This document shows, piece by piece, positions 29,301 to 42,028 of a stretch of DNA of 64,000 bases. The notes under the pieces are model-generated. The model was not told the DNA's origin. It did not search any database and saw only the letters and a list, made by a program, of their open reading frames with translations. Numbering within the stretch: position 1 is the stretch's first letter; every line of letters starts with the position of its first letter. Both the position numbers and the translations under genes were made by a program. The DNA is from Antedon mediterranea (Eukaryota; Animalia; Echinodermata), in assembly GCF_964355755.1 (NCBI RefSeq), contig NC_092680.1, positions 4,712,001 through 4,776,000 on the forward strand, read 5' to 3'.

Positions 29301-29890
29301 TAAAATACCGTAATTAAAATATCTTTTAAATGTATACGAAAAATGAATAGAATAGGAATTTAACATTATTAGATTTTCAACAAGTTGATTCCATGTTCGT
29401 GGGCCTGTAACAGTTAAAACGTGTGCAGTTATATTTAATCTGCAAAATGGTATTTGAAGGTAGAAAATTCTCTCATGTGTCAATATTAATTTTCTGAAAT
29501 TTGTTTCAAATACTGAAATTTGTTTCAAATTCTTAAATTTATTTTTGTTGTTTTCAGAAAAATATGAAAGAATTAGATAAGAAGCTCATGGATCAATTTT
29601 TCGAGTTAAGATCAGTTATCCACAAGATGACGTTTTCAACAAATCGACCAATCAGAGACTTGAATATATCAGATCTTGACGAAGAAGATGCTTTTTATGA
29701 AGATGCTGAAATAGTTGAATTTGATAAACAGTGTATACCCGCGCATGAGCAGTACATCCCAGCATTTAGGGGGCGAACTGTTTCTATGATGACTCCACCA
29801 TCTGAACGTCGTTTAAAACTATGGCCTCATAATAGGAGAATGCCGTCATTCACGTCAGAAGATGATGTACCATTAGACATGTTATTATGA
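17359..29890 (+). CDS. Large acidic, probably disordered protein with C-terminal FAM167-like coiled-coil motif (~1468 aa, 2 coding exons)
   Basis: Exon A 17359-21432 (ATG follows acceptor ttttcag at 17352; donor ATC|gtaagt at 21433). Exon B 29558-29890 (acceptor ttttcag, phase 0). The join reads QALQDKVDWVRDEI|KNMKELDKKLMDQFFELRSVIHKM, resembling the FAM167 motif (WLRKELxEMxxQDxQLARQLMxLRxxIxKL). Upstream exons are possible. Confidence 0.75.
22594..22715. mobile_element. MITE family A copy (intronic)
   Basis: TIRs and internal unit match family A. Confidence 0.8.
23794..23949. mobile_element. MITE family A copy (intronic)
   Basis: TIRs and internal repeats match family A. Confidence 0.85.
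26774..26934. mobile_element. Degenerate pogo/Tigger-like MITE
   Basis: gtagagcctctccttt start shared with ~30701; internal acccctattaa(a)g(a/g)ggaca repeats; inverted tgtccccttatagagg end. Confidence 0.55.
27822..28000. mobile_element. Harbinger-type MITE family B
   Basis: TIR AGC(T/G)TGGTTCCCACTAG with TTA TSD; homologues at ~30780-31105 and ~55937-56104. Confidence 0.85.
28661..28825. mobile_element. MITE family A copy (intronic)
   Basis: Near-complete copy flanked by TAA/TTA. Confidence 0.85.
29280..29480 (-). mobile_element. CR1/L2-type LINE ORF2 C-terminal fragment
   Basis: Translation PFCRLNI...GPRTWNQL...FKRYF resembles the GP.IWN.LP....F...LK tail of CR1/L2 ORF2. Confidence 0.55.
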
Positions 29891-30694
29891 TTATAAGAAA
29901 GAACATTAATTTTTTTCCAATGCAAACTATTTATTAAAACAATTCTTCCTCATAACCTCTAGAGACTGTTGTAACGGGATTTCAAATTTCATTCCCAGTT
30001 CACACAGACTTTTTGGGATATTCGTAATCTTTTGAAATTGTATTGGATTCGACCGACCACCTGCAGTTAATACAGTTACTGTCCTATAGTTGCCAATATA
30101 AGATCTTATCAATGCCAAGGCTTAGTAAAATTAGCTCGTAACAGCTCATTATCCTATGTTCAGAATTAAATACGGGACCTTTACCTTTACCTGCCTAACT
30201 ACTGTGACAGGTTTGTTTTGATTCATAACAAATATAATAAATGTTATAAATAAAATAGCAGAAATGTATATATATCAATGCTATGAAAGAAAAGGGTTGG
30301 GGATTCTATTGTGTTCTATAGGCACAACAGAGCAAAAAATAAACCAATGTGGTAAAAGTGATTACACGCATTGTCGCCCGAGCACGACAGGCTCTGTATA
30401 ATCATATTATTTATAACAGGATGAGTGATTTAGTATTATAATAAGACTATTCTGACAAGATACTGGTGCTATTTTAATGTTCTATTAAACAAATAATGGC
30501 ATACCTTTATGAAGGTGTGTTGCCATATAATAAAGTTCAACTATTTGTTAGCATATTTGCTTTATTGACAATAAAGAGACACGGATGGTAATATTTATAA
30601 TATTATACAGTAATCTATACCGGTATCTTTTATTTTTAAAATGTGTCATTACGAAGCTAGCTGAAATGTAATACTTATAGGCCTAAAGAAAGTA

Positions 30695-31133
30695 CAATAA
30701 TAGAACCTCTCCTTTGTATCAGGGTCCACAAATATTGTTAGAAACTTTCAACGGGGATATTATGCTTCTCTTATTAAATGCTTGGACGCAACGCAAGGAC
30801 GTTAACGTAACGTAAGCGTGTTAAAGCGTGGTTCCCACTAGTGACGCAACGCAGCGACGTATCGACGCAAAGTGATGTATTGCGTAATCACAAATGGGAA
30901 CCGACAACGCAACAGTGCTGCAAAAATCGCAGGTTTGATTTCACGCAGCGAGGCGGGGGCAAACACAATTATTGGAAGAACATTTTCTTACGTTGCGTAG
31001 GTTGTGTTACGTTGCGTCGCTAGTGTGAACCAAGCTTAACCAATGAATAGCAATAGTTCGAATAATCCATCGCCTGTGATTGGTCAAGCACTTATGTTGC
31101 GTCACCTTTCACTGAATTATAGGAGTTCTACTG
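30695..31133. mobile_element. Nested MITEs: pogo/Tigger-like shell containing a family B remnant, which contains family C (30825-31036)
   Basis: Outer ends tagaacctc...gagttctactg|ta. Family B is split at TAA by family C with a TAA TSD. Confidence 0.7.
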
Positions 31134-31952
31134 TACACAATAAAATCAAGATGCCTATAATGTATTTAAATCCAAGGTAACTTAAGGCAAAATAGTGGAC
31201 AATGCTAAATCATACCTCAAACAGTTAGAGAAAAATATCAATGTTTTTAATAATGTCAATGTATTTATAATCTTACAAATATTTATATTTCGTCTTTTTA
31301 ATAAACCACTTGTTAGGGTATTTATGAGTTATAAACGTTACTGGTACGTCATTATCTGATGACAATATTACTATTATTTTTTCTATAATTTTGTAATTGA
31401 AAAAGATGATAAAATAGTTGCAAAATTGTAATTGTTTAAAATTATTCGATAGACTCTACGAATGCTATAATTACAAATTCGTGCTTTTGTCAGTCTTCCA
31501 GCGTTAATACCTAGTAAAAAGGAAAAACAGAGTTGTCATTGTTGTCAATTTTAGAGAAAGATGTTCATCGAAAAAAAGGAACCATATAAACTATATAGGT
31601 TAAAAATAAGAGAAACAAAATAACTTTTATATTAAATGTGTAATTTGATTGTTTGATTTTTATATATAAGTATAACTTAGTTTATTATTATGTCGCTTGT
31701 ATGTCTATATAACCATGCTATATAAAGAAAATCAAACAGCAACAACATACAATCACGTGCTAAAAATGTATTAAGAAAAATCTGAAGCAGTGGGGTAGAA
31801 ACTCTTGCTACTTGCCAACTTGTGATTTCCTTCTTTGGTGGATCGTGACCATTTTCTAATTCTATAGGTTTGAGGAACAATGGAAAATGATAATATAGCT
31901 CACTTTTTTATGAAACACATTCTGAATTATAAGGCATGATAGGCCTTTATAA

Positions 31953-32090
31953 AGCTCTGTCTACACTATAAAACTATTTTGACAAAAAAGTATGATATGC
32001 CAAAATATGGTAGTGATGTGCTCAAATATGGTAATGATATGACATCATCCTGTTTTTGGTCACATAAAGTTTGATAGTGTAGACAGAGCT
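31953..32090. mobile_element. MITE family A copy
   Basis: TIRs with a TAA target-site duplication on both sides. Confidence 0.88.
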
Positions 32091-33472
32091 TAAGAACAAA
32101 AATATTTAAATTAGAATGCATATTGTCAAAGCGCATGTTACTAGAATACCTTAATATTTTATGTGTAATAAGTAAATAGTTTCTGAAGTATGCTGTTCTT
32201 TCAGGAGTGATGCGGTCTATCCATCCATACATGTACAAAGCACGGATATTCCGCACGTTCATATATAATTTGATAAAATGTATATGATATATTTGTAAAA
32301 TTGATACAATAGAATTGAATAAAGTAATTTTTTTCGTCAAACAATGAGTTATGATTGATTTAGAGTGAGTTATATTTTTGTAAAAAAATTAACTTTCTTT
32401 CACTTTTACACTGATTTGCATTTGTCCATCTTATGTAATACATTTTTCCAAATAACATTTGATTACAATGGAAATATCTAAACACAAATGTTAAACTTTC
32501 ATTTTCGAAGAGTGGCTGTATACCGCGCTCCATCTGTAATAGCGAATATGACAATATGATGAGTTGTGGAATGTTAATGTTGAGGGCGTGCTGCGTAAAA
32601 TACTTTCTGCGTGTGCGTCCTCGAGTGCTCGCGGTGCATCTCCATGGTAATTAGGTACTTCGGTAGTGCTTAACCCGAGTAACTTTAACAAACTGATCTT
32701 GTTGTAAGGAATACATCCATGATGTAGGCTAGGCTAGGCCCTATACTTACTGTCTTTATTTTTATATACATTTTCATGGGAGTCTGAATGAAGGTAATTT
32801 AACCATACAGCATACTAGTTGCTAAAATCATTTCGCGTTATAAGTGCAGATTACTCATTTTCAAATAGCTAGGCCTAGCATATAGAGACACGCCTACCTA
32901 TGCCTCCTAAAATGCGGACATATAGGTCGTACCTATAAATATATAGCGTGTACCTGTAGCAATACGTACAGTGTAAAATCAGGGAAGAGTGAATTTCAAT
33001 CCCTGCTTTCTTTCACAAACCGCGACTTCCGACTCAATTCCCATGTTTGGAATCCCATTTTCCGGTAGCCTGGGTACGGAAGGAAAAGACCAGCTTGCCT
33101 GACACTTATGATTTTACAAACAATAGGTGTTTCCAATACTCCCATCATATCGATAAGGATCGATTAAAATATAAAACACACAAGCAAGGCCCATTGTATA
33201 TGTGCCCATATCACAGTTTTCAGCAACCCGATTTGATAGCAGTCACCTGGTATGTACCATATCGTATTATTTCTTTTATTAATACAAACTTTAAGTGCTT
33301 GATTTTAAATATAAAAACATTTATATTATTCTTTAAATTATCATTTTGTTTAGAATCATATATGGTTGATGGTAGCAACGTAGGTTCATGTGGAAAACAT
33401 AACTCTGAGTTTTGCAATCGTTCGCGCTACCGAGTAAAACCACTTCTCACCCCTGATCGTCTGCAGCTGGGA

Positions 33473-36351
33473 ATGACGTCACGATCCTCCAAGATGTCAA
33501 ATACAACATTTCTCACAGCAAGTGGATTGATAATCATTTGTGTTGGATTATATTTTATCTGGACAAAATTTACGAAAAAAGAGGTTCGAGTTTACTATAT
33601 TTTCATATAATTAATATATGGACCAGGGAAAAGTGAAATTGTGTAATTTAACTCTGGACCTAATTTATAAACCCACAGTACTACCAATATTGCATTGTGT
33701 AGCCTATATAGACCAGTGCCACAGCACAACGTATTTGAATTACGGCCATCATGTCTATGATAAAATAAAGCATTATTACTAATAAATAAACTAATAAAAT
33801 CGTTATGTTTTTGTGCGGATTTTGATGACGAAAGAATGAGCCCATGCTGTTCTCTTAAGTTTCAGGTCGTATTTAGAGGTGGTGAATCTAGCTTATTTCG
33901 TAGTAATTTTCATAATAATAATAATAATAATAATACTTTAATTTTTATAATATAAAATATCTATATTCAAGTCTCAATTTTACATACAGGGAAAGAAAGA
34001 AAGACCTCGTAGTAACGAGAGACGCATTTCATTTGATTATGTAGTAACAATTAACGAACCTGTTCCGACATTCATCAAGAACTGTATCGAAATCATCGAA
34101 GAAAATGGTAAATATTGTATAGTATGTAATGAAGCTGTAGCTTGGTGGTTAACATGCTTGCCTCCCAAGGTTGTAACCCACGACTCTTTCAAATCCACTC
34201 CTTAAGCCTCAAATGCTTAGTTTATAAGCATGATACGTTATTAAACAGTTTATCCATCCTGTAATTGGCGAGTTTTTTGGATGCGTATGAAATTTTCATA
34301 CCAGCAAACCGTAAATAATGCTTATTGATAAAATGTTGCAGGATGGGAACGGCGGAGGAACAAAACCAATGTTGATAATGACGTTGTGACGTAAGTGATT
34401 ACATGATTAAGGTACCGTAATACTGTCATCATGTTTTAAAATTTATTTTGTATTTTATGCCTTTGTAGGAAGAGAACATCGCAACATATACCGTTCTCCC
34501 GGCAACAAGAAAAAAGTCGATAGAATATTAGACAATATTCAAGGTAACATTATAGATCTTTTGATGAATAAAACGCGGTGATTGAGCTTTTTAGACATAA
34601 CTTTCATTATTATCACAATCTAAAGATATGACTGTCAACAAGAATCAAGCATTATGATAATAACTCTTTTTTTACACTTTTAATCAAAAACTCTCCATTT
34701 AATAATTCAAGCCCATTCAACCCCCACCCATACTGTACCACTTTGTCTAGCCTTTTGTATAATCATCCTCTTACAATTTTTTTCTATTCTCTCGACTAGA
34801 TTAGAAAGTTTCAGTTTATTTATTTGTCCTCCACATTGTCTCTTATTTTTTCTACAAATATCCCTTTCTTCTACAATCTTCTATGTTTATAAAAGAATGA
34901 TAATAAACGATAAATATTAAAACAAAAGTTACCTAATTCTTTCTTCCCCAGATGCACCAACTTTGTTAGGACTAGAAGATGATATTGATACCATTTGCTC
35001 TTGTCTAAAAGCGTACATTGCTGCTCTTTCAAAACCTCTGATACCGTCTGAGCAGCAAAACGAATTCCTCAGAGTATTTACAGGTACAAATTAATTATTT
35101 TTCTAGAATACAATAATTAACTACAACTACAACTGCTTTAGTGTTTTCGAAGGTCCTCATTAGAATGTTATCTTTATACAAGACAGGCTTCATGCATATG
35201 GAGGATTTAAAATCGATTAGGTGACTGTGCAACCATGTTATTGTTAGTTCCTTATAAACAAACAACTTTTACACCAGTTATAAGTTCTTTAGTTTACACC
35301 AACATGTACTCCATTCAGACACTTCTTACTAATGGTTAATGAAGCACCAATAAAAAAATAAAAATTACACCATGTCTAAACTATCAAACTTTATGTTATA
35401 AAAAATGTGATGTGCCCATATATGGACATGATGATGTCATACCACTACCATATTTGTGCATATCACACTTTTTTTGTCAAACTAGTTTGATAGTGTAGAC
35501 AGAGCTTTAAAACGCTATGAAAACAATCGAGAGAAGTTTGAAATACAACATTTTATAAAAATCCAAATGCAGAATTTAAATAACATACTTTTTACAGGTA
35601 CAAACGAGCAGGAATCCTTAATGAGAATCATCCCAGAAATACCTACCAAGAACAGGAATGTGTTAGCCTCTCTCATGCTGCATCTCAATAGGTAGTAGGC
35701 CTATTGTTTATTAGTCCATAACAATGCATCTCTGGTTATATTTTTATGATAAACGACACATCATATATCATATTTATCACCATCAAACCACAATCACTGT
35801 ATATACGTTTCATGCGTATAGATCAACATTAAACTCTCTCTACACTATCAAACTTTATATGACAACAAAATATGATGTGCACATATGGACATGATGATGT
35901 CATATCAATACCATATTTGGGCACATCACACTTTTTTGTCAAACTTTTTTGATAGTGTAGACAGAGCTCTAGGCCTCTCCCGGTCACAATAATCATCATA
36001 CTCGTCATGTAATCATTGAAATTAAAATGATTTGTAATAATTATTTCCATAATCATCACAATCGTCATCAACACAAAATGATAATCTTTGCTTTTATCAC
36101 CATCTGTAAAATAATAGATGTTTTAATATATTGTCAACCAGTTAGATTGCCTAGTGTGAACACACCTTATCGTTTTTATTAACAGAATTGAGAGTATGAA
36201 CGCAACTTCTTCCAGTTTGAATCTTGCAATTTGCTGGTGGCCTTCGTTACTCCATCGAAACTTTACTGCTGTAGAAAATCTGGAACATGAATCGCCACGT
36301 TTGATCGAAATGATATCAGCAATGATAAGCCATGCAAACCAGTTATTTTAA
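33473..36351 (+). CDS. Single-domain RhoGAP (p190RhoGAP-like GAP domain) with N-terminal hydrophobic/TM segment, 231 aa, 6 coding exons
   Basis: Exons 33473-33583, 33990-34107, 34469-34543, 34952-35083, 35598-35691, 36186-36351 sum to 696 nt in frame with GT-AG introns (first donor is weak). Motifs: VPTFIKNCIEIIEENG, arginine finger NIYRSPGN, DTICSCLKAYIAALSKPLIP, NRNVLASLMLHL, NLAICWWPSLL. AATAAA at ~36385. Confidence 0.85.
35368..35506. mobile_element. MITE family A copy (RhoGAP intron 4)
   Basis: Internal sequence and right TIR match family A. Confidence 0.82.
35832..35968. mobile_element. MITE family A copy (RhoGAP intron 5)
   Basis: TIRs match family A. Confidence 0.85.
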
Positions 36352-36591
36352 ACGAAGCAGATTAACTGTAAAACTAAATTGTGGAATAAAATTATCAATA
36401 AAAACTTTGCAATGAAAATGATTAGGGTTGTCTGCACTTTCCAGTATTTTTAGAAATTATCTTCCATTTTGTTAGTTTTTAGAATTAGTTTTAATTGACA
36501 TAATAATATTTTCTTTCTTTTAAAATTTAAACATCCAAACTTTTATTTAATATAAATTTCATTGTGTTAATTTAACTTCGTATTTTCTTCG

Positions 36592-36745
36592 ATTCCGGTA
36601 CTTTTTTTACGTTTTTTTTTCTTTCTTTCTTTTTTGTGACGTACCGGTACAGGTACTTCTTTTACGTCTTTCTTTTTTTGTGACGTATCGGTACCGGTAC
36701 TTCTTTTACGTCTTTCTTTTGTGATGTACCGGTACGTTTTTTACT
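36592..36745. repeat. T-rich ~40-50-bp tandem repeat between convergent RhoGAP and CYP 3' ends
   Basis: Repeated accggtactt(c)ttttacg(t)...tttgtgacgt. Confidence 0.8.
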
Positions 36746-36984
36746 TCATATTGGGTACTACCTATTTAAAAGTATCGAGCATTTAAAATGTATTACAAAA
36801 TATCTTAAATAAACAATGTACAATTATAAACAGTAGTTTTAACTATATATATAAACAGTGCTCAATTTCTTTATAAAAACCAAGCCAAACAACTTTTTAA
36901 ACTATCATCAAAAATTTTACTTTTATGCAATTAAAAATCATGTTAAAATCAAGTTTAATCTTGTTTTTATTACTTTGTTTGTAT

Positions 36985-39900
36985 TTAACTAATCCATTTG
37001 TTCCCTCGAGGAATCAATTGTATTTCAAACTGGTCCGCCACTCGAATCATATCTGGCTCTGATGGTTCAGTGCTTGTAGTAAGTTTACCTTGAGGTGCAG
37101 CTAAGCTGAACCTTTGTAGAACGGCGCCGAGAAGTGTAAAAACCATCATCTTAGCGAACTGTTCTCCTAGGCACATCCTCCTACCAATTGAGAATGGAAG
37201 GAAACTAGGCGGTGTGTAGATATTGCCTTCACTGTCGAGAAATCGGTCTGCATGAGAAAATAAAATAATAATAACAAACATGAATTTGTAATTCTTTATT
37301 CGAATAAATACGATATACAGTGGGTATGTAATTGTATCTAAATGCATTTACAATTTCTAAAAAAAGGTAGTGTAGTAATTTCAATAGAACATGCTTCCCT
37401 GAATTTTGAATGTCTAGTTCACCATCGTCGGACCACACTGCAATTACATAATCATTAATCAATTATAGCAATTAATCTATCACTGTATTTAATCAGAATC
37501 CGACCCCCAAAAATAGACAATTAACAATATCAATTTATTAATCGATAGCTGATCGATCCGGGTCATTAGCCTGCTCCTCACCTGGATTGAACTCAGCGGG
37601 TGAGGTCCATCTGGATGGGTCATGGTGAACCCACCACAGGTTAGATAACACCATCGTTCCTTTTGGTATTTTATACCCACAAATTCTACAAAAAAATAAG
37701 AAAGTACAGGCCTTTATTTAGTTTGTTCAGCTACTAAATTACTGTAAAGGACATTACGTGAGCATAGTTCCACTTAAATGCTTTCCACTGTCGACATTAT
37801 ACTACTATAGTTATGTATATAATATTTCCTTGGGATTTTTTTTCTTTTCTTTTTTATCTGTCTGTTTAAATATCATCTTTTTCTATAGGTATTCTGCTTT
37901 TTTTTTAACATTCTTTCTTCAACTGTTATCGTTTATTTTTTTATTTTTTACCTACATCTTGTTTACTGTCTTTTTTAAGTAAATAGGCCTAAATGTCACT
38001 TTGAATTTAATTGAATTGAATAGGTTATTATTCATTTGAACATAATAAGGATATATTTTTTAGTTATACGGTATAGGCTATGCTAAAAATTTGATGGCGT
38101 TTTTTCTTTTCTTTTATTCACATTAATAATGTTCTCACTCTGTGTCAGTGATAGTCTGATGGGGTCCATTGAGAGAAGAAAATGAACTATGACGTAAGAC
38201 TTCGAGAACTGTAGCTTCTAGATACCGTAAGTGGCACCTGTTTTTCCAAATTGGATATTGATTTGACGAGTTCTCGTCCAGTTCATTTTGTATCTTAGTT
38301 TGTACCTGTAAAAAATAAAACGAATTTATCATTTTTCCTGGTTTTTAAAATGGATCTTTTTTTTTTCAATGGGAAAAACGTCATAATGTAAGATGACACC
38401 GACAACGTCCAGTTCATTTTGTATCTTAGTTTGTACGCGGTAAAAAATTTAACAAATTTATCATAGACTATGATATTTTTCCTTGTTTTAAAATGGATTT
38501 TTTCAATGGAAGAAACGTCACATTGTAAGATGACTTCAATACTGTTTCACTCGAACAATACACGAAGATTTATTCTGTGTTTATATGCAGGGAGACTACC
38601 AATATAACTGTTACAATGAATGGTAGAGATTTTGTATTTCGTGAATTACCTCTTGGTTAACGGTTAGATATAACATTGCCCATCTTACGGTTTGAAATGT
38701 GGACTCAAAACCACTAGCAAACATTTCCCACGATGTCATAACCCCTTCATCTTCACTCATGCCAAGGCTCAAGAGGGCGTCAACAAAGTCTCTGACGTTT
38801 TCAGGTTTGTAGCTGCATTTGTGACGTTTGAATTCTCTCATAAAAACTTTTTCTCGGATGGAAATCAGCTGGTCAACCAATAGCTGTCGTTTGTTTGGAA
38901 AGATCTAGAAGACAAATAATATTATGAAATAGCTGAGACTCGATCGATTGCGATTCAGACGAAATATATTTTCTATAATGGGTTTAATGGTTTTAAATTT
39001 ATATAGCGCAAAATACAAATAGTCTCTATGCGCTGTTTAGCGTGAAAATGAAAATTTTGATGTAAAAAAAACCACGAAATAGCCTAAGAAAAACCGAATA
39101 AATTGACAAACAGAAAAAAAGACAACAGAAAAAAAAGTCCGAAAACGGAATCTTACACCGCACTGTTTCACTAACTTGTCAAGACAAGCTAGCTATTTAT
39201 TCACAAGTGTCATAGTTAATTAAACACCGTACATTACTTTAAACATTAGATTTTATACCATTCTTAAGATCGGATCAAACACCACCAATACCATTACCAG
39301 TTATATATTGAATACCGTCTCGTATAGTAAAGTACCAACCGTATTATAGCCGAGTAGGGTTCTCAGCGAAAGGCAGTGCCACTTATATTAGCCATATAAT
39401 CTCTTTTCGATCGTGGTGGAAGTCAACGTCCTTAAAGGACGATCCGGCGTATATCTGCAGGTACGGTTTCGAGTGCACGTCTGAGAGCAGCACTTACCTG
39501 CTGTATGGAGTTATTCGGTGTTTCCCTGTCGATAATTCCCTATTTTAGATAATTTGATGCAATATACTACGGTACTGTTTCCAATTGTGGCTCCTATAGA
39601 CCAAAAAAGAACGTTTTATGTTCTAACAATACCCAACAGTTTACTGACCTTAAAAAATGGGAAAACATCCACGATGTCACCTGGTTTGAGAACTATCTTC
39701 AGGTTATTATTCGCCTGAATGAGTTCCTCTAGTTCAGGATCACCGTCTTTATATCGTACACTACATGTAATATTCATAATAATATTCGTGATCACAACTC
39801 CTAACATGCCACTAGGATCAAACGCGTTGCGTTCCATGTTAAAAGAATTCAGTAACTCATCCACATCTTTGAACATCCCTGTACTTGTATCTTCAAAATA

Positions 39901-40356
39901 CCTAAGAAACTTTGATCGAAACGCTTTTGTTGACGCGTTTTTGCGTTTAACCCACGGTGTAGAGAAATTCCGGAAGGCAATACCTCCGTCGCCTCGCGAC
40001 AACCTGCCGATTGAGTATACATGTGGACGACCAGAGAAATCATCTTTTCTCAAGACAAAAGCTTCTCTAATAACCTCTGGACTATTGAGAACTAGCACAT
40101 CTTTGAATGCAAGTGACACCATAAAGACTTCTCCATATTGTTTACCTATTTGGTGTAGCGCGACGTAGGGCGGCACTTTCTTCATGAAAAGGTCGATGTT
40201 GCCAAGTATTGGGTATCCTCTTGGTCTTGGAACTCTGTGCTTTCCAGTAGAATATGCGTTTTTTCTTAAATAGAGAAATAAAAATAAGAGGCTGACTAAA
40301 ACCAAGGAAAGCACTATTCCTCCTTCTTCTGAGGAGGAACTTATTGTAAAAATCAT
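36985..40356 (-). CDS. Cytochrome P450, clan 2 (CYP1/CYP17-like), 498 aa, 5 exons
   Basis: Exons 40356-39649, 38904-38650, 38305-38139, 37685-37582, 37247-36985 total 1497 nt in frame. N-terminal TM anchor, PRPRGYPILGN proline hinge, I-helix EMFASGFEST, K-helix EVLR, FNPDRF (PERF), haem motif PFSIGRRMCLGE. Confidence 0.93.
38276..38534. repeat. 130-bp tandem duplication spanning the CYP intron 2/exon 3 boundary
   Basis: cgtccagttcattttgtatcttagtttgtac occurs at 38276 and 38406. Confidence 0.85.
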
Positions 40357-42028
40357 AACTATATTGATAACGTTGATATAAAGTTTGCGGTATGTTGATA
40401 AAGCTACTCAATTGCCAAAACGAACATTAAAACAAGTCTGTTCACTTATATTTAAGAACTAGAATAAGAACGCGCGTAACCGCTAGGTCTGCTATTAAGA
40501 TATTTGCATATACCGTGGGTAGGTCTACTCACATCTGGCAAGTGTATATTATAAGCTTACCTTTAAATCCTAGTAAATTGATAAGCCTTCCTTATCTCTA
40601 AGAATTCTATTTAAATTTCTATTAAATATAAGTAAAATATAACGAGGCACAAGAAGAGCGTTTAATGATTTGTGAAATGTTTTACAGTAGACCTAAAGTC
40701 AGTGTAAAACTCTAACTGAATGACGTCACATGATCTGAATGAAGGCGGCTCAGCCGGCCGATCATCCACGCGACTTATTATCAAAATACCGTGTTTCATT
40801 ATTTTATAGAAATAAATACTTGGGTAACGGTACGCATTTTGTTGTTTTGACAATCATTATTATCTTATCAAAACAGTGCTTTTGTCATCAACATTTCTCA
40901 CTATCAATGAATCATTATTATAATAATATGATAGGTTCAGACCCAACATTTTTCTGTATGTTGTAGATGAACCACACCTCCACCCATGTGTTTCTTCAGT
41001 ACGAGACGACAAAGACATGTTAAATTAATGAAATACATCATTAGAAATAAATAAAAATGATTAAAAAATGAATTGGAATCGTTATGATTACAGTCGTGCA
41101 ATCCTGTATTTATTATGAAAAAAATCGGTTATTGGTAGGCCTAATACTGAAAAGTGTCTGGAAGTAATATCTGGAGAGTTTTCAAAATAAATGTCTATCC
41201 ACTGATGGTGGAACGCAAGTGGCTTCAATTTGTCTGGATTTCCGTAGTGAATCCTTTCGTATTAGGCTGCTAAAGCCAACAAATGGTCAATTCTTGAAAT
41301 ATAATAATGATTTAATATAAAGTATAACCAGAAGAGGTACTATAAAATTATGTCTTTTTACTTTTTACATTACTTTGAGGGCGTGCTTGTGATTCTTTTG
41401 TTTTCTCCGCCGTCGTGGTGGTGGTTGAAAAACGATAAACAATAATGAATCTGTCAAGCCTTCTAATATTGTAGATTTTATCGTCTTTTCTGTTAGAAGT
41501 TAACATATTTATTCGATAGCTATATTTATTTTATGACAACAATGATTTTTCGTAAGTATGTTGTATTTTGATTATCTCCTGTTTTGTTTTTTGGCCACAA
41601 AGTGGTACCTCTGGGCCCTCTAGGAATAGATCGACTGAAATACCGGCCAGGCATGCATCGCTGGGCGGGGGCTGGGTGGGAGAGCCCTGGATCAAATAAA
41701 ACTAATTGAGGGAGTTTAGGCTTAGCAACTCAGCTCTGATACTGATAATATGTATTGCCCATGTAAAGCTTTAAAACATATGAAATACATTGTTAAGCTA
41801 GGCATATAATAAGTTATAAATAATTAAATAATAATATATTATAGGCCTAGTTAGGTCACAAAATTATGCTAGGAGGCTATATAGCCTATATTTGTTTATA
41901 TTCATAATAATGTATTACTCTTTATTAAAGCAGAGACGCTGTATGTTAATAACCCCTGATTGATTTTTCACACCTCTACCTCATTCAATCGATTGAGTAT
42001 AACTGTACGATTAAACTTGCCACGAAAT
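40357..42028. promoter_or_regulatory. Divergent promoter region shared by CYP (-) and KLHL (+), including a probable KLHL 5' UTR exon
   Basis: Head-to-head ATGs 1.7 kb apart; TATA-like AAATATAAG on - near 40450; gtaagt donor at 41552 and cag acceptor near 41933. Confidence 0.45.

Noticed and set aside
33047-33472. 5' part of the 187-aa ORF as RhoGAP N-terminus
   Set aside because: TTG start, AT-rich intron-like sequence, and a good acceptor (ctgcag at 33466) just before the ATG at 33473.
34130-34200. tRNA-like start (gctgtagcttggtggttaacatgcttgcctccca)
   Set aside because: A-box-like only, with no T arm or acceptor stem; more likely a decayed SINE head than a tRNA gene.
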